Assembly: GCA_023415845.1 (NCBI GenBank)
Contig: JAEZJB010000079.1
Coordinates: 1-33,469 of the forward strand
Length of the DNA: 33,469 nucleotides
Reading direction: 5' to 3'
DNA from: Chloroflexota bacterium
GTDB lineage: Bacteria; Chloroflexota; Chloroflexia; Thermomicrobiales; UBA6265
The first letter of the stretch is position 1; every line of letters begins with the position of its first letter. Position numbers and translations under genes: made by a program. Positions 25,331-33,469 of this stretch are shown in pieces. The notes below the pieces were generated by a model that worked only from the letters and a program-made list of their open reading frames with translations, ran no database searches and was not told the DNA's origin.

Positions 25331-25417
25331 GGAGGCGTCGATCGTTTCCGACGAATTCTATTGGATTGAAGCATGTCACCTCCGACGACTGGTTCGCCGA
25401 TCTGGCCGAATGGCCGG

Positions 25418-26446
25418 TCATCCCGCTTCGTGCAATGGCGCGAAATGATCCCAGGCACCGGGTTCGGCGTCGATCTGCCGCTCACCATCCCAGAGCACCA
25501 TCTCCCCCGGTGGACCAGCCTCGATCCGACCCACAACCGTCAGCGTGGCTCCGATGTCTCTCGCCATCATCTCGAATTCTCCGAACCGATCCGGCGGCAC
25601 GGTCATCAGCAGTTCGTAGTCCTCACCTCCGCGCAGCGCAAACTCCCGCCACCGATCGGGAAAGAGCGCCCGCACGGCCGGAATCACGGGTATCTGGTCG
25701 AGATCGAGACGCGCCGCCACCCCGCTCGCGGTCAGGATCTTCGGAAGGTCACCAAGCAGGCCATCACTCAGGTCCATGGCCGCCGTCACCCCTGCCGCTG
25801 CCAGCAGTTTGCCCAGCGCGACACGCGGATTCGGCCGCAAATGGGCCGCTCGCAGCATTGGCCCGGTTGCCGTCGCATCGTTGCCGGCTGCAATCAGCGC
25901 CATGCCAGCGGCACTCGCTCCCAATGTGCCGGAGACCACGATCAGGTCGCCAGGCCGTGCTCCCGCCCTGGTGATCGCCTTGCCATGCGGCACCGAGCCA
26001 ATCAGGGTCACACTGATCACCAGCCCGTGCGGCGAGCGCACGATGTCCCCTCCTGCGATGGCGACAGAATGAGCCGACCCCAGGCGCCCTGCTCCCCGGT
26101 ACATCGCCTCAAGGTCGGTCACCAGTTCGCTGCCGCGCAGACCAAGCACAATCGTCGCCAGTCTCGGGGTGCCGCCCATTGCCGCGATGTCCGAGATGTT
26201 CACCGCTAGCATCTTGTGACCCAGGCTCTCCCAATCCGTCCAGTCGAGCCGGAAGTGGATGCCTTCGACGAGGGCATCGGTGGTCACAACCAGGTCTCCA
26301 TCGGGCGGTGGCGTCCACACTGCAGCGTCGTCACCAATGCCGAGTCCCTCGCCATCCAGCTCCAGGGCACCCGCCGGCAGTACCGACCGCAGCCGGTCGA
26401 TCAGCGCAAACTCCCCAATGTCCGCAACCTGCAACTCCCGCGTCAT
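25418..26446 (-). CDS. thiL: Thiamine-monophosphate kinase ThiL
   Basis: GEFALIDRL, GIGDDAAV, TTDALVEGIHF, AVNISDIAAMG, GGDIV, GDLIVVSGTLGASAAG. Confidence 0.9.
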   Translation of the reverse strand: MTRELQVADIGEFALIDRLRSVLPAGALELDGEGLGIGDDAAVWTPPPDGDLVVTTDALVEGIHFRLDWTDWESLGHKMLAVNISDIAAMGGTPRLATIVLGLRGSELVTDLEAMYRGAGRLGSAHSVAIAGGDIVRSPHGLVISVTLIGSVPHGKAITRAGARPGDLIVVSGTLGASAAGMALIAAGNDATATGPMLRAAHLRPNPRVALGKLLAAAGVTAAMDLSDGLLGDLPKILTASGVAARLDLDQIPVIPAVRALFPDRWREFALRGGEDYELLMTVPPDRFGEFEMMARDIGATLTVVGRIEAGPPGEMVLWDGERQIDAEPGAWDHFAPLHEAG

Positions 26447-26557
26447 CTCCGGACCTGGCTCCCCGCGTCGAATCGAAACCTGATGGTATTGTTGCCCGCA
26501 AAACCTCTTGCATCCGCTTCATGTCTTCGCCCGCACTATATTGGAGTCGTCCACCTC

Positions 26558-29551
26558 GTGACCGATCACCAGCCCACCGCCGCCGACTCCGATCCGATAG
26601 TGGAAGGCGCTGGACATCTGCCCGATGCGGAACGGTCGGATCGCATCCGCAACCTCATCACCGACGATCCGATGGTCCGCCAGTTCGCGCTCCTCTACCC
26701 CTTTGGCCTCGATCAGTTCCAGCTCGAAGCGATCGACACCCTGCTTCACGGTGATTCGGTGATGGTGGCCGCCCCGACCGGTTCGGGCAAGACCGTCGTC
26801 GCCGAGTTCGGCATCTTCCAGGCCTTCCGCGGTGCTGGTCGCGTCTTCTACACCGCTCCGATCAAGGCGCTCTCCAATCAGAAGTATCGCGATCTGCGGC
26901 AGACCTATGGCAACGAGGTCGGTCTCCTAACCGGCGACGTCTCCGAAAACCGTGATGCGCGGATTCTGGTGATGACCACCGAGATCCTCCGCAACATGTT
27001 GTTGCAGAGCCCGTGGGAACTCGACGATGTCGAGTGCATCGTCTTCGACGAAATCCACTATCTCGCCGATCCCGACCGGGGCACTACCTGGGAAGAGTCC
27101 ATCATCCTCTGCCCCGAGCATATCCAGCTCATCTGCCTCTCTGCCACGGTGACCAACGCCGACGAGATCGCAGGCTGGATCGGTCGCACCCATCTGCCGA
27201 TTCGCCTGATCATGCACAACCAGCGTCCGGTTCCGCTGGCGCTCTATTACTTTCACGACCAGTCGCTCTCCATGGTCATCGATCACCATGGACGAACCGT
27301 GCGCGATTTCTCCCGCCTTGGCGGCGAGCTACGGCGCCAACCCGGACGCCCCCAACGTGGCCGCGGTGGACGAGATGCCCGCGCCCTCGACGAACCACAG
27401 CCCCGCGAAATCGTCGATGCGCTCAAGTCGCAGAACCTGTTGCCCGCCATCTACTTCCTGTTCAGTCGCAACGACTGCCAACTCTTTGCCGAGCAGTTGG
27501 CGATGATGCGCCCCGACCTGGTCTCGATCGAGCAACGTGCCCAGATCGACGCCATTCTCGAAACCTATGCCGAGAGCCTCCGCCCGGAGGACCGTGATCT
27601 CGAGCAGGTCAAGGTGATGTCACGCCTCGCCCGCCTCGGTATCGGGTTCCACCACGCCGGACTCCTGCCGGTGCTGAAACAGTTGGTGGAGGTGCTGTTC
27701 AGTCGCGGACTGATGCAGATCGTCTTCGCGACCGACACCCTCGCCCTTGGCGTCAACATGCCTGCCCGGTCGGTGGTGATCGGGCGCATGAGCAAATGGG
27801 ATGGCAGGCGGCGCCGCCCGTTGACTCCGAACGAGTTCCAGCAAATGGCTGGCCGCGCCGGTCGTCGGGGAATGGACCAGTTTGGGCACGTCATCATCCC
27901 CTACTCGCCGTGGGTCCCGTTCCGCGAAGCCATCGAAATCGCCACTGGGCCACTCCATCCCGTGCTGTCAGCGTTCGCCATCCGCTACAACACGGTCCTC
28001 AATCTCTGGGATCCACCGCGGGGTGACCGCGTCCGCCAGATGCTCCAGCGGAGCCTTGCCCAGTACCAGACCAGCCAGCGCGTGCGCCTGATCGAACTCG
28101 ACCTCCTCGAAATCGAGGCGGAAATCGTTGGTCTCACAGCTGGCCGAGAAGCAGAACTTGCCGCCCTCGACGACGCATTTGAGGAATATCGCGGACTCGA
28201 CCGGCAGATTCAGGCCATCCGTTCCGAGCGTCGGCAGCTCGATCAACAGCTCGCGGACCTTCAGGCCAGCGCCACGCAGGGCACTCCGTGGGCCGAGCCC
28301 GGCAGGCTGGCCATCCGGCGCCTCCTCCGTGCTGTCGAAGCTGGTGCTGTGATCCACCTCCGAGACGAGGGGTGGAGTATTTTCGTTGGCCGTCCCCTCG
28401 GTGGCGGCATCGGCACATTCCTGACGGCAACCGGCGAGCTGGTCACAGCTACCGAGTATCGCCAGATCGATGACGTGGCCGACGACCGCATGGTCACCGT
28501 GCCTCCAGAAGTGCTGGCAGAAATCTGGGATACCCATGAAGCCCGGCTTCCCGGAGACATGACAGTGTTCAGGCCAATGCTCGAGCAGCTTGCCGCTCTG
28601 GAACTGCCGGACCTCAACGCCATCGCGGCCGCCTGGCGCGAGGAGCGACTTGCAGCCCTCAATGAGAGGTCGGCAGGTATCGAGGAGCAGATCCGGCGCG
28701 TCGACGATGAGGAACGGCGCTTCCAGGAAATGAAGGCGTCGCATGTATTTGCGGACTCGAAAGCTCGCAAGCAGCACGCCGCATCGATTCGGCAACGCGA
28801 CGCACTGGAGCGCGAGCGCGCCTCGCTGTCAGCCATTCTCGAGCGGGAAATCGAATCGGAAGACGTCCGCATCCGTAACGTGATTCGGGGTATTCGTGAC
28901 GTGCTGCATCGCTTCGGCTACCTCCGCCAGGGGTATCCGACCGAAAAGGCCGATATGCTGGCCGACGTCTTCGACACCGATGGCCTGATCATCTGCGAAC
29001 TGATCGACCGGAATCTGCTCTCGCCGCTTACGCCCGAGGAACTTGCCGAACTCTTTTCATGGTTCAGCTTCGACCGGGAGTTCAGGTACACCAATCACTT
29101 CGTCCTCCCAGAGTCACTCGTGCAGGTTCGGCGGGCGCTTGATGAGGTCGAACACGAGGTGCTTGGCGAAGAGCGCGACAACAAGCTCTTCATTTCCGAG
29201 GGACACAACCCCAGCTTCTATGGCGCGGCGCTCGCCTGGTCGAACGGGGCAACCATGGTGCAGATTGGCGAGCAACTGGAGCTCTCCGAAGGCGACCTCG
29301 TCCTCACCTTCAACAAGACAATCGACCTCATGCGGCAGGTTCGTGACATGCTGGAAGATGTCATCCCGGACCATCCGCTCATTGAACGGCTCAGGCTCGC
29401 CGAACGTCGTTTGCGCCGCGGAATCGTCGAGCAATCGCTGTCGCTTGGATTCGCCCCCATTGCCGACGCGCCATCGACGGCTGCCGAACCATTTGCCGAG
29501 ATCGAACAGGACATCGAGTCCGACGAAAGCGACGACGTCCTCGACGACTGA
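26558..29551 (+). CDS. Ski2-like DEAD/DEAH-box helicase (HelY-type) with C-terminal DSHCT-like domain
   Basis: FQLEAI...VAAPTGSGKT (motif I), FDEIHY (motif II), LSAT (III), HHAGLLP, FATDTLALGVNMPA, QMAGRAGRRG (VI). The C-terminus LSPLTPEELAELFSWFSF...LSEGDLVLTFNKTIDLMRQ is DSHCT-like. The start is uncertain: GTG 26558, ATG 26483 or ATG 26672. The listed 26216 start overlaps thiL and I reject it. Confidence 0.85.
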   Translation: MTDHQPTAADSDPIVEGAGHLPDAERSDRIRNLITDDPMVRQFALLYPFGLDQFQLEAIDTLLHGDSVMVAAPTGSGKTVVAEFGIFQAFRGAGRVFYTAPIKALSNQKYRDLRQTYGNEVGLLTGDVSENRDARILVMTTEILRNMLLQSPWELDDVECIVFDEIHYLADPDRGTTWEESIILCPEHIQLICLSATVTNADEIAGWIGRTHLPIRLIMHNQRPVPLALYYFHDQSLSMVIDHHGRTVRDFSRLGGELRRQPGRPQRGRGGRDARALDEPQPREIVDALKSQNLLPAIYFLFSRNDCQLFAEQLAMMRPDLVSIEQRAQIDAILETYAESLRPEDRDLEQVKVMSRLARLGIGFHHAGLLPVLKQLVEVLFSRGLMQIVFATDTLALGVNMPARSVVIGRMSKWDGRRRRPLTPNEFQQMAGRAGRRGMDQFGHVIIPYSPWVPFREAIEIATGPLHPVLSAFAIRYNTVLNLWDPPRGDRVRQMLQRSLAQYQTSQRVRLIELDLLEIEAEIVGLTAGREAELAALDDAFEEYRGLDRQIQAIRSERRQLDQQLADLQASATQGTPWAEPGRLAIRRLLRAVEAGAVIHLRDEGWSIFVGRPLGGGIGTFLTATGELVTATEYRQIDDVADDRMVTVPPEVLAEIWDTHEARLPGDMTVFRPMLEQLAALELPDLNAIAAAWREERLAALNERSAGIEEQIRRVDDEERRFQEMKASHVFADSKARKQHAASIRQRDALERERASLSAILEREIESEDVRIRNVIRGIRDVLHRFGYLRQGYPTEKADMLADVFDTDGLIICELIDRNLLSPLTPEELAELFSWFSFDREFRYTNHFVLPESLVQVRRALDEVEHEVLGEERDNKLFISEGHNPSFYGAALAWSNGATMVQIGEQLELSEGDLVLTFNKTIDLMRQVRDMLEDVIPDHPLIERLRLAERRLRRGIVEQSLSLGFAPIADAPSTAAEPFAEIEQDIESDESDDVLDD

Positions 29552-29733
29552 CCGGATCGCGTTCGCCCTCCCTGCACAGATGTGCAAATGGGCGATGTGC
29601 TGGCGTGATTTCGCCTGCTCGTTGCGTACGAGATGTACCGGACGAATTCCGGGGCAGATCGAGCCGATGGAGAGGTCACGGCTTCGCGCCCGGTTGCACT
29701 TCAGCCGCCCAGCCGAAAGGAACCAGTGAAACG

Positions 29734-30603
29734 ATGCAGCACCTCAATCTGATCTCGAAAGAAGACATGCAGCGCGCGGCTCTGCTGGCCAGGGAGTTTC
29801 TCACTACCCAACAGAATCCTCTCGGCCTCGCCCTGATCGACCACCTGGTCGCCGATGGACCAGCCTCAGACGTGGTGACAGCCCTCGCGGCCTACCAGAA
29901 TGAGGACGGCGGGTTTGGTCGGGGACTCGAAGTGGACATCGCAGCTCCCGCCAGCAATCCTTTCGCGACTCGCCTGGCCATGCAGGTTCTCTTGCTGCTA
30001 CCTGCCGAGGCACGAACGCCGATGCTTCCGTCGCTCCAGGCCTGGCTGGAAGCGAATCAGGCGCCCGACGGCGACTGGCACCTCTCGGCCGCGACCCGAT
30101 CCGGCGATCTTGCCCCCTGGTTCGCCGCCTGGCAGCATCCTGCCCTCAATCCAGCATGTTGCGTGACCGGACTGGCCAATCGGCTTGGCATCGCCACTAC
30201 GTCAATGCTCGAGCGGACCGCTTCGCTTTTCTCGGCCAGGGCAACAATCGAGCAGGTGGCGCAGGGCACCTTCTACGATCTCCTTCCCTATGCCGAATAC
30301 CTGACCGCCATCCAGGATATCGAGAACCGGGATGCATGGCTGGACACATTCGCCGAGCGGATCCGCGCGGCGTCCACTGAGATCTACGCCGACGCCGGAC
30401 ATTTTTGGGAGCAGGTGCTCGCCCTCGGTGGACCGATCATCGAACGCCTGCCGTCAGAGCTGCTGGCTTCAAATGCCACCCACCTGATGGACGAACAGGA
30501 GGCGGACGGGAGTTGGCCGTCGCCATATTCACCAGCCTGGCAGCCATGGATCACATCCATGGCCATCGCCACCCTTTACCAACTCGCTCCGGCCGCCCGC
30601 TGA
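29734..30603 (+). CDS. Small alpha/alpha-toroid (prenyltransferase / squalene-cyclase-like repeat) protein
   Basis: I chose the internal ATG at 29734, which has GAAAGGA upstream. It carries repeated Q..DG(G/D/S)(F/W) motifs (YQNEDGGFG, NQAPDGDWH, EQEADGSWP) spaced as in terpenoid-cyclase/prenyltransferase repeats. Confidence 0.55.
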   Translation: MQHLNLISKEDMQRAALLAREFLTTQQNPLGLALIDHLVADGPASDVVTALAAYQNEDGGFGRGLEVDIAAPASNPFATRLAMQVLLLLPAEARTPMLPSLQAWLEANQAPDGDWHLSAATRSGDLAPWFAAWQHPALNPACCVTGLANRLGIATTSMLERTASLFSARATIEQVAQGTFYDLLPYAEYLTAIQDIENRDAWLDTFAERIRAASTEIYADAGHFWEQVLALGGPIIERLPSELLASNATHLMDEQEADGSWPSPYSPAWQPWITSMAIATLYQLAPAAR

Positions 30604-30612
30604 AACCGACCT

Positions 30613-30643
30613 GGCGCATGCGCCGTCCTTCCGGCGCATGCGC
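30613..30643 (+). terminator. GC-rich hairpin directly after the toroid-protein gene
   Basis: GGCGCATGCGCCG (30613-25), a TCCTTC loop, then CGGCGCATGCGC (30632-43). The hairpin is built from two copies of the self-complementary GGCGCATGCGCC. No T-run follows. Confidence 0.5.
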
Positions 30644-30821
30644 TTGATCACGCAACAACTCATCACAAACTCCCCCATGATTTGCCCGCGAAATCAACAA
30701 ATTCAGAGTTTGTGAGTTTTTGAGTTTGTGCAGTGCAATTGCAGACCGATTACCTGGCCGGCGGTCAAGGATCGCGGGCTAAGCGAGTCGGGCGGCACCG
30801 ACCGACACCAGTTCCCGAACA

Positions 30822-32369
30822 TCAGTTGTCGCCGCTGTGTTCCGCCAGCTCGCTGATAGCGTGCCGCAGTGAGTTCAGGGCATCGTTGATGGTGGCACGC
30901 TGGTCAGCCAGCCAGGCGCGATCATCGTCGAGTTTCTGGCCACACGCTTCGAGCCAGGCTCGTGTCATGTCCGGTGCCGGACTTCCTGTCACCTGTCGTC
31001 GTTCGATGTAGCGGCGTGGCGCCAGGAACCGCCCAAGGGTCTCCATCTCCACCTTGAGCTCGCGGCCAATCGTCATCAACGCCGCCGAATCAATCATGTC
31101 GGGCGTGATCCCACTGACCTCGAGCCGCATGTCCTTGATCCGGGCCAGCACCAGAATCGCAATTTGTCGCGCCATCGCTGGCGGCAGGTTCTCCTGAGTC
31201 ATCAGGAAGGCGGCGAGATCGGGAGCGGTGGTGTAGAAGCGTCCAGCGCGGTTCCCGAGATACGCCCGATTGACAATGATGCCTGTCTCGAAGAGATCGA
31301 TGCACTCGTGCAACACCGCCTGTGCAGTGGGCGCCAGATCAATCGCCTGGCCAATGATGACATCATGCCCGATCCCTGCCGGTCCGAAATCGAGCCGTCG
31401 AAGCGCCAGCCGCGCCGCATCGAGCCGATCGAGCATTGCGTCAAGCGCCAGGTTCAATGCGTCGAGCCGGTACGACAGCGCCAGCGCGGGATGCCCAGCC
31501 TCTGGAGACACAGACCATGTCTCATCCATCACGAAACTGGTCGGATCGGTCCGGACCCATATCCGCAACTCACGCACGAGTCGAGCCATCCCCGCGAAAA
31601 CCGCGGTCATTGCTTCCACCGCTGCGGTCGGCGCCGACGTCTCACCCAGGGCATCGATCGTGGACGGAAGCGGGCGCCCGAATCCGAGTCGGGTGGCAGC
31701 TTCTTCCCGGTCAGCACCCACCACATCACCCGCGAGCAGCCCGGACCCGAGTGGCGACTGGTTGAGGGCTTGTACCGAAATTCGAACCCGCTCCCGCGCG
31801 TGGTTCAACGGCTCCAGCACCCCGCCAAGGAAATGCGCGAGCGTGGTTGGCTGGCCCGGCTGCCCACCCAGGTAGGCCGGCATGATCGTGACGACATGCG
31901 TCTGCGCGAGACGCAACACCGAGGCCGAGAGGACCGCCGCCGTGTCGAGAAAATCCAGCATCGTGTGGCGCCAGATCATGCGCCCGGCAGTGGCGAGTGT
32001 TTCCTCGGCCGAGAGCCCGAGGGTCAGGACTCCCCCAACCGCGGCAGGAACCCGTGACTCTACGCGCCGGAGGAGATCGCTGAGTTCCTCTCGCGCACCC
32101 GACAGCGGCACTGATGCCCCTGTTCCCGATTGCAGTGCCAGCGCCACCGATGCCGCTGCCTGGTCGTCAATCACCTCTGCCGCACGAAGTTCCAGCAGGT
32201 GGCAGGCAAGTACCAGCCAGGCCGCATCTATCGTGAACTGATGCTCGGTGCCGTTGGAAGAGGTATCCGGTTGATGCTCTCGTTGCAGGACGGTCAGGAG
32301 TGAAGGGCGACTTGGCATGCGGCTTCCTGTTGTACGTAGTGAACTGAAATGGGCGCGCCGGTGTGGCAC
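30822..32369 (-). CDS. Argininosuccinate-lyase/fumarase-superfamily homologue with degenerate catalytic signatures (probable pseudoenzyme or neofunctionalised)
   Basis: Clear ArgH-like blocks are present (MPAYLGGQPGQPTTLAHF, LNQSPLGSGLLAGD, REEAATRLGFG). The RSRND region reads LSAEE, the catalytic His of YTHLQ is absent, and the GSSxMPxKxNP loop reads VSPEAGHPALA. An alternative start lies at 32318. Confidence 0.75.
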   Translation of the reverse strand: MPHRRAHFSSLRTTGSRMPSRPSLLTVLQREHQPDTSSNGTEHQFTIDAAWLVLACHLLELRAAEVIDDQAAASVALALQSGTGASVPLSGAREELSDLLRRVESRVPAAVGGVLTLGLSAEETLATAGRMIWRHTMLDFLDTAAVLSASVLRLAQTHVVTIMPAYLGGQPGQPTTLAHFLGGVLEPLNHARERVRISVQALNQSPLGSGLLAGDVVGADREEAATRLGFGRPLPSTIDALGETSAPTAAVEAMTAVFAGMARLVRELRIWVRTDPTSFVMDETWSVSPEAGHPALALSYRLDALNLALDAMLDRLDAARLALRRLDFGPAGIGHDVIIGQAIDLAPTAQAVLHECIDLFETGIIVNRAYLGNRAGRFYTTAPDLAAFLMTQENLPPAMARQIAILVLARIKDMRLEVSGITPDMIDSAALMTIGRELKVEMETLGRFLAPRRYIERRQVTGSPAPDMTRAWLEACGQKLDDDRAWLADQRATINDALNSLRHAISELAEHSGDN

Positions 32370-32575
32370 ACCAACAAAGAGTACCGGCTCTCAGGGGCCT
32401 ACACGCGCACAACCAGAGAAAGCACGGAAAAGTGTGACTCTGGCGGAAGCTTATGTTAGCCGGTTACGTTTCTCGGCTGGTACCATGAGCCCTGAACAGG
32501 GGCAACGACGTACGGGCCACTGGGGAATCTTCGTCAGGCTCTGCAACGGTCATCCACAAGGAAGGTGCACAGGTA

Positions 32576-33469
32576 ATGGCTGGAATCTCTCGCTTTGACG
32601 CCCGCCTCAATCGACGTCGTTTGCTCGCCGCCACCGGCGGCGCGGCAGTGGGCTTGTCGCTGCTCGGCAGGACGTTCGAAGTCTCGGCGCAGGACACCAT
32701 TGTCGCCACGCTTGTCACCGACACGGCTGGTATCGGTGATCAAAACTTCAACGACCTTGCCAATGCTGGTGGCGAGCGCGCTGCTGAAGAACTCGGCATC
32801 GAATGGAAGGTGCTGGAAAGCTCGACGGCCGCCGACTACGAAACCAACCTCACGCTGGCCGTTGAGCAAGGCGATATCGCCGTTCCCAACGGCTTCCTCC
32901 TCGAGGATGCAGTCAACGTCGTCGCTCCACAATTCCCCGACAAGTACTTTGTCTTCATCGACGCGGTCGCCGAACACGAAAACGTCCAGAACTATCTCTT
33001 CAAGGAGAATGAGGGCGCGTTCCTCGCCGGCATCCTGGCCGGTCTCGTCACCGAGACCAACAAGGTCGGCATGGTCGGTGGCATCCGGGTCCCGCCGGTG
33101 ATGCGCTATGAAGTCGGCTTCGCCGCAGGCGTTATGACCACCAATCCGGATGCGGTCTTCACCGCCTCCTACGCCGATGACTTCGAGGATCCTGCCCTTG
33201 GCAAGGACCTGTCGCTTGCGCTCTACAACAACGGCCACGACATCGTCCTCTCTGCCGCTGGCCGAACTGGTACCGGCGTGTTCGACGCCGCGGTTGAACT
33301 TGGTCCCGGCAACTGGGTAATCGCCGCCGACACCGATCAGGCCCACCTTGGCCCCGAGAACCAGCTCGCCTACGTCAAGAAGGGCGTCGACGAAGCCGTG
33401 TTCAAGGGCATCCAGCACGTTGTCGACGGCGACTTCGTCGGCGGAATCTTCGACCTCGGCCTTGCTGAT
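32576..33469 (+). CDS. BMP-family (PnrA/Med-like, nucleoside-type) ABC substrate-binding protein with Tat signal; 3'-truncated by the window edge
   Basis: This ORF is absent from the track because it has no stop codon inside the window. ATG at 32576 follows AAGGAAGG. My manual translation gives MAGISRFDARLNRRRLLAATGGAAVGLSLLG...TDTAGIGDQNFNDLA...YLFKENEGAFLAGILAG...KVGMVGGIRVPPVMRYEVGFAAG...AADTDQ, open for 298 codons to the window end. Confidence 0.85.
   Translation, partial: MAGISRFDARLNRRRLLAATGGAAVGLSLLGRTFEVSAQDTIVATLVTDTAGIGDQNFNDLANAGGERAAEELGIEWKVLESSTAADYETNLTLAVEQGDIAVPNGFLLEDAVNVVAPQFPDKYFVFIDAVAEHENVQNYLFKENEGAFLAGILAGLVTETNKVGMVGGIRVPPVMRYEVGFAAGVMTTNPDAVFTASYADDFEDPALGKDLSLALYNNGHDIVLSAAGRTGTGVFDAAVELGPGNWVIAADTDQAHLGPENQLAYVKKGVDEAVFKGIQHVVDGDFVGGIFDLGLAD

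Noticed and set aside
25373-26209. 278-aa and 202-aa plus-strand ORFs overlapping thiL
   Set aside because: The minus-strand frame carries unmistakable ThiL motifs. The plus-strand translations are Arg/Pro/His-rich with no recognisable motif.
27968-28872. 275-aa and 203-aa minus-strand ORFs inside the helicase gene
   Set aside because: They are shadow ORFs. The plus-strand frame is continuous through conserved helicase motifs and the DSHCT-like domain.
31164-32057. 297-aa plus-strand ORF opposite the ASL-like gene
   Set aside because: It gives an Arg/Pro/Gly-rich translation with no motifs, while the minus-strand frame shows superfamily-specific blocks.
32370-32575. Possible purine/nucleoside riboswitch upstream of the BMP binding-protein gene
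   Set aside because: A few short stems exist (for example CCAGAG...CTCTGG and TAGCCG...CGGCTG). The three-way-junction pattern and the conserved J2/3 and loop sequences of purine riboswitches are not present.
32534-33418. 294-aa minus-strand ORF listed in the track
   Set aside because: It is antisense to the motif-rich BMP-family frame, has a Gly/Asp/Val/Arg-rich composition with no recognisable domain, and lacks an SD. This is a typical high-GC shadow ORF.
1-33469. Mobile elements, prophage or genomic-island boundaries
   Set aside because: There are no transposase, integrase or recombinase motifs, no tRNA genes, and no terminal inverted or long direct repeats. The only compositional dips are short intergenic regions.

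Overview
High-GC (roughly 60-65% by eye) bacterial chromosomal segment. The gene content looks Chloroflexota/Thermomicrobia-like or actinobacterial, but this taxonomic guess was not checked. Genes are densely packed and mostly housekeeping. I saw no transposase, integrase, tRNA/rRNA or CRISPR array. In order, the window holds: a 5'-truncated AI-2E transporter translationally coupled to a PRC-barrel protein; bcp and nadA, with a duplicated palindromic operator-like element over a putative nadA promoter; an LLM-class oxidoreductase; a HAD hydrolase; a secreted 4xSH3b-glucosaminidase; a minus-strand run of Ser/Thr kinase (extracellular SH3b), an unlisted 53-aa single-TM ORF, an OmpR-type regulator and a histidine kinase; a sugar-phosphate isomerase and a Gfo/Idh/MocA oxidoreductase; trxA; tsaB; a CUT1-type sugar ABC cassette (permease, permease, binding protein, no ATPase); tsaE, a nitroreductase and thiL; a HelY/Ski2-like helicase; a small alpha/alpha-toroid repeat protein; an argininosuccinate-lyase homologue whose three catalytic signature regions all appear degenerate; and a 3'-open BMP/PnrA-type binding-protein gene that the ORF track omits. 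The best candidate for an undescribed system is 13868-19194. It contains an atypical kinase-fold protein fused to about 7 degenerate helical repeats. Divergently transcribed from it is a two-gene membrane pair: a 2-TM protein with a ~360-aa cytoplasmic helical tail, and a MotB/ZorB-style single-TM protein (basic N-terminus, Asp inside the TM) with a long Q/A/T-rich spacer and a C-terminal globular domain. All functional calls come from reading motifs in the translated ORFs; no database search was possible.
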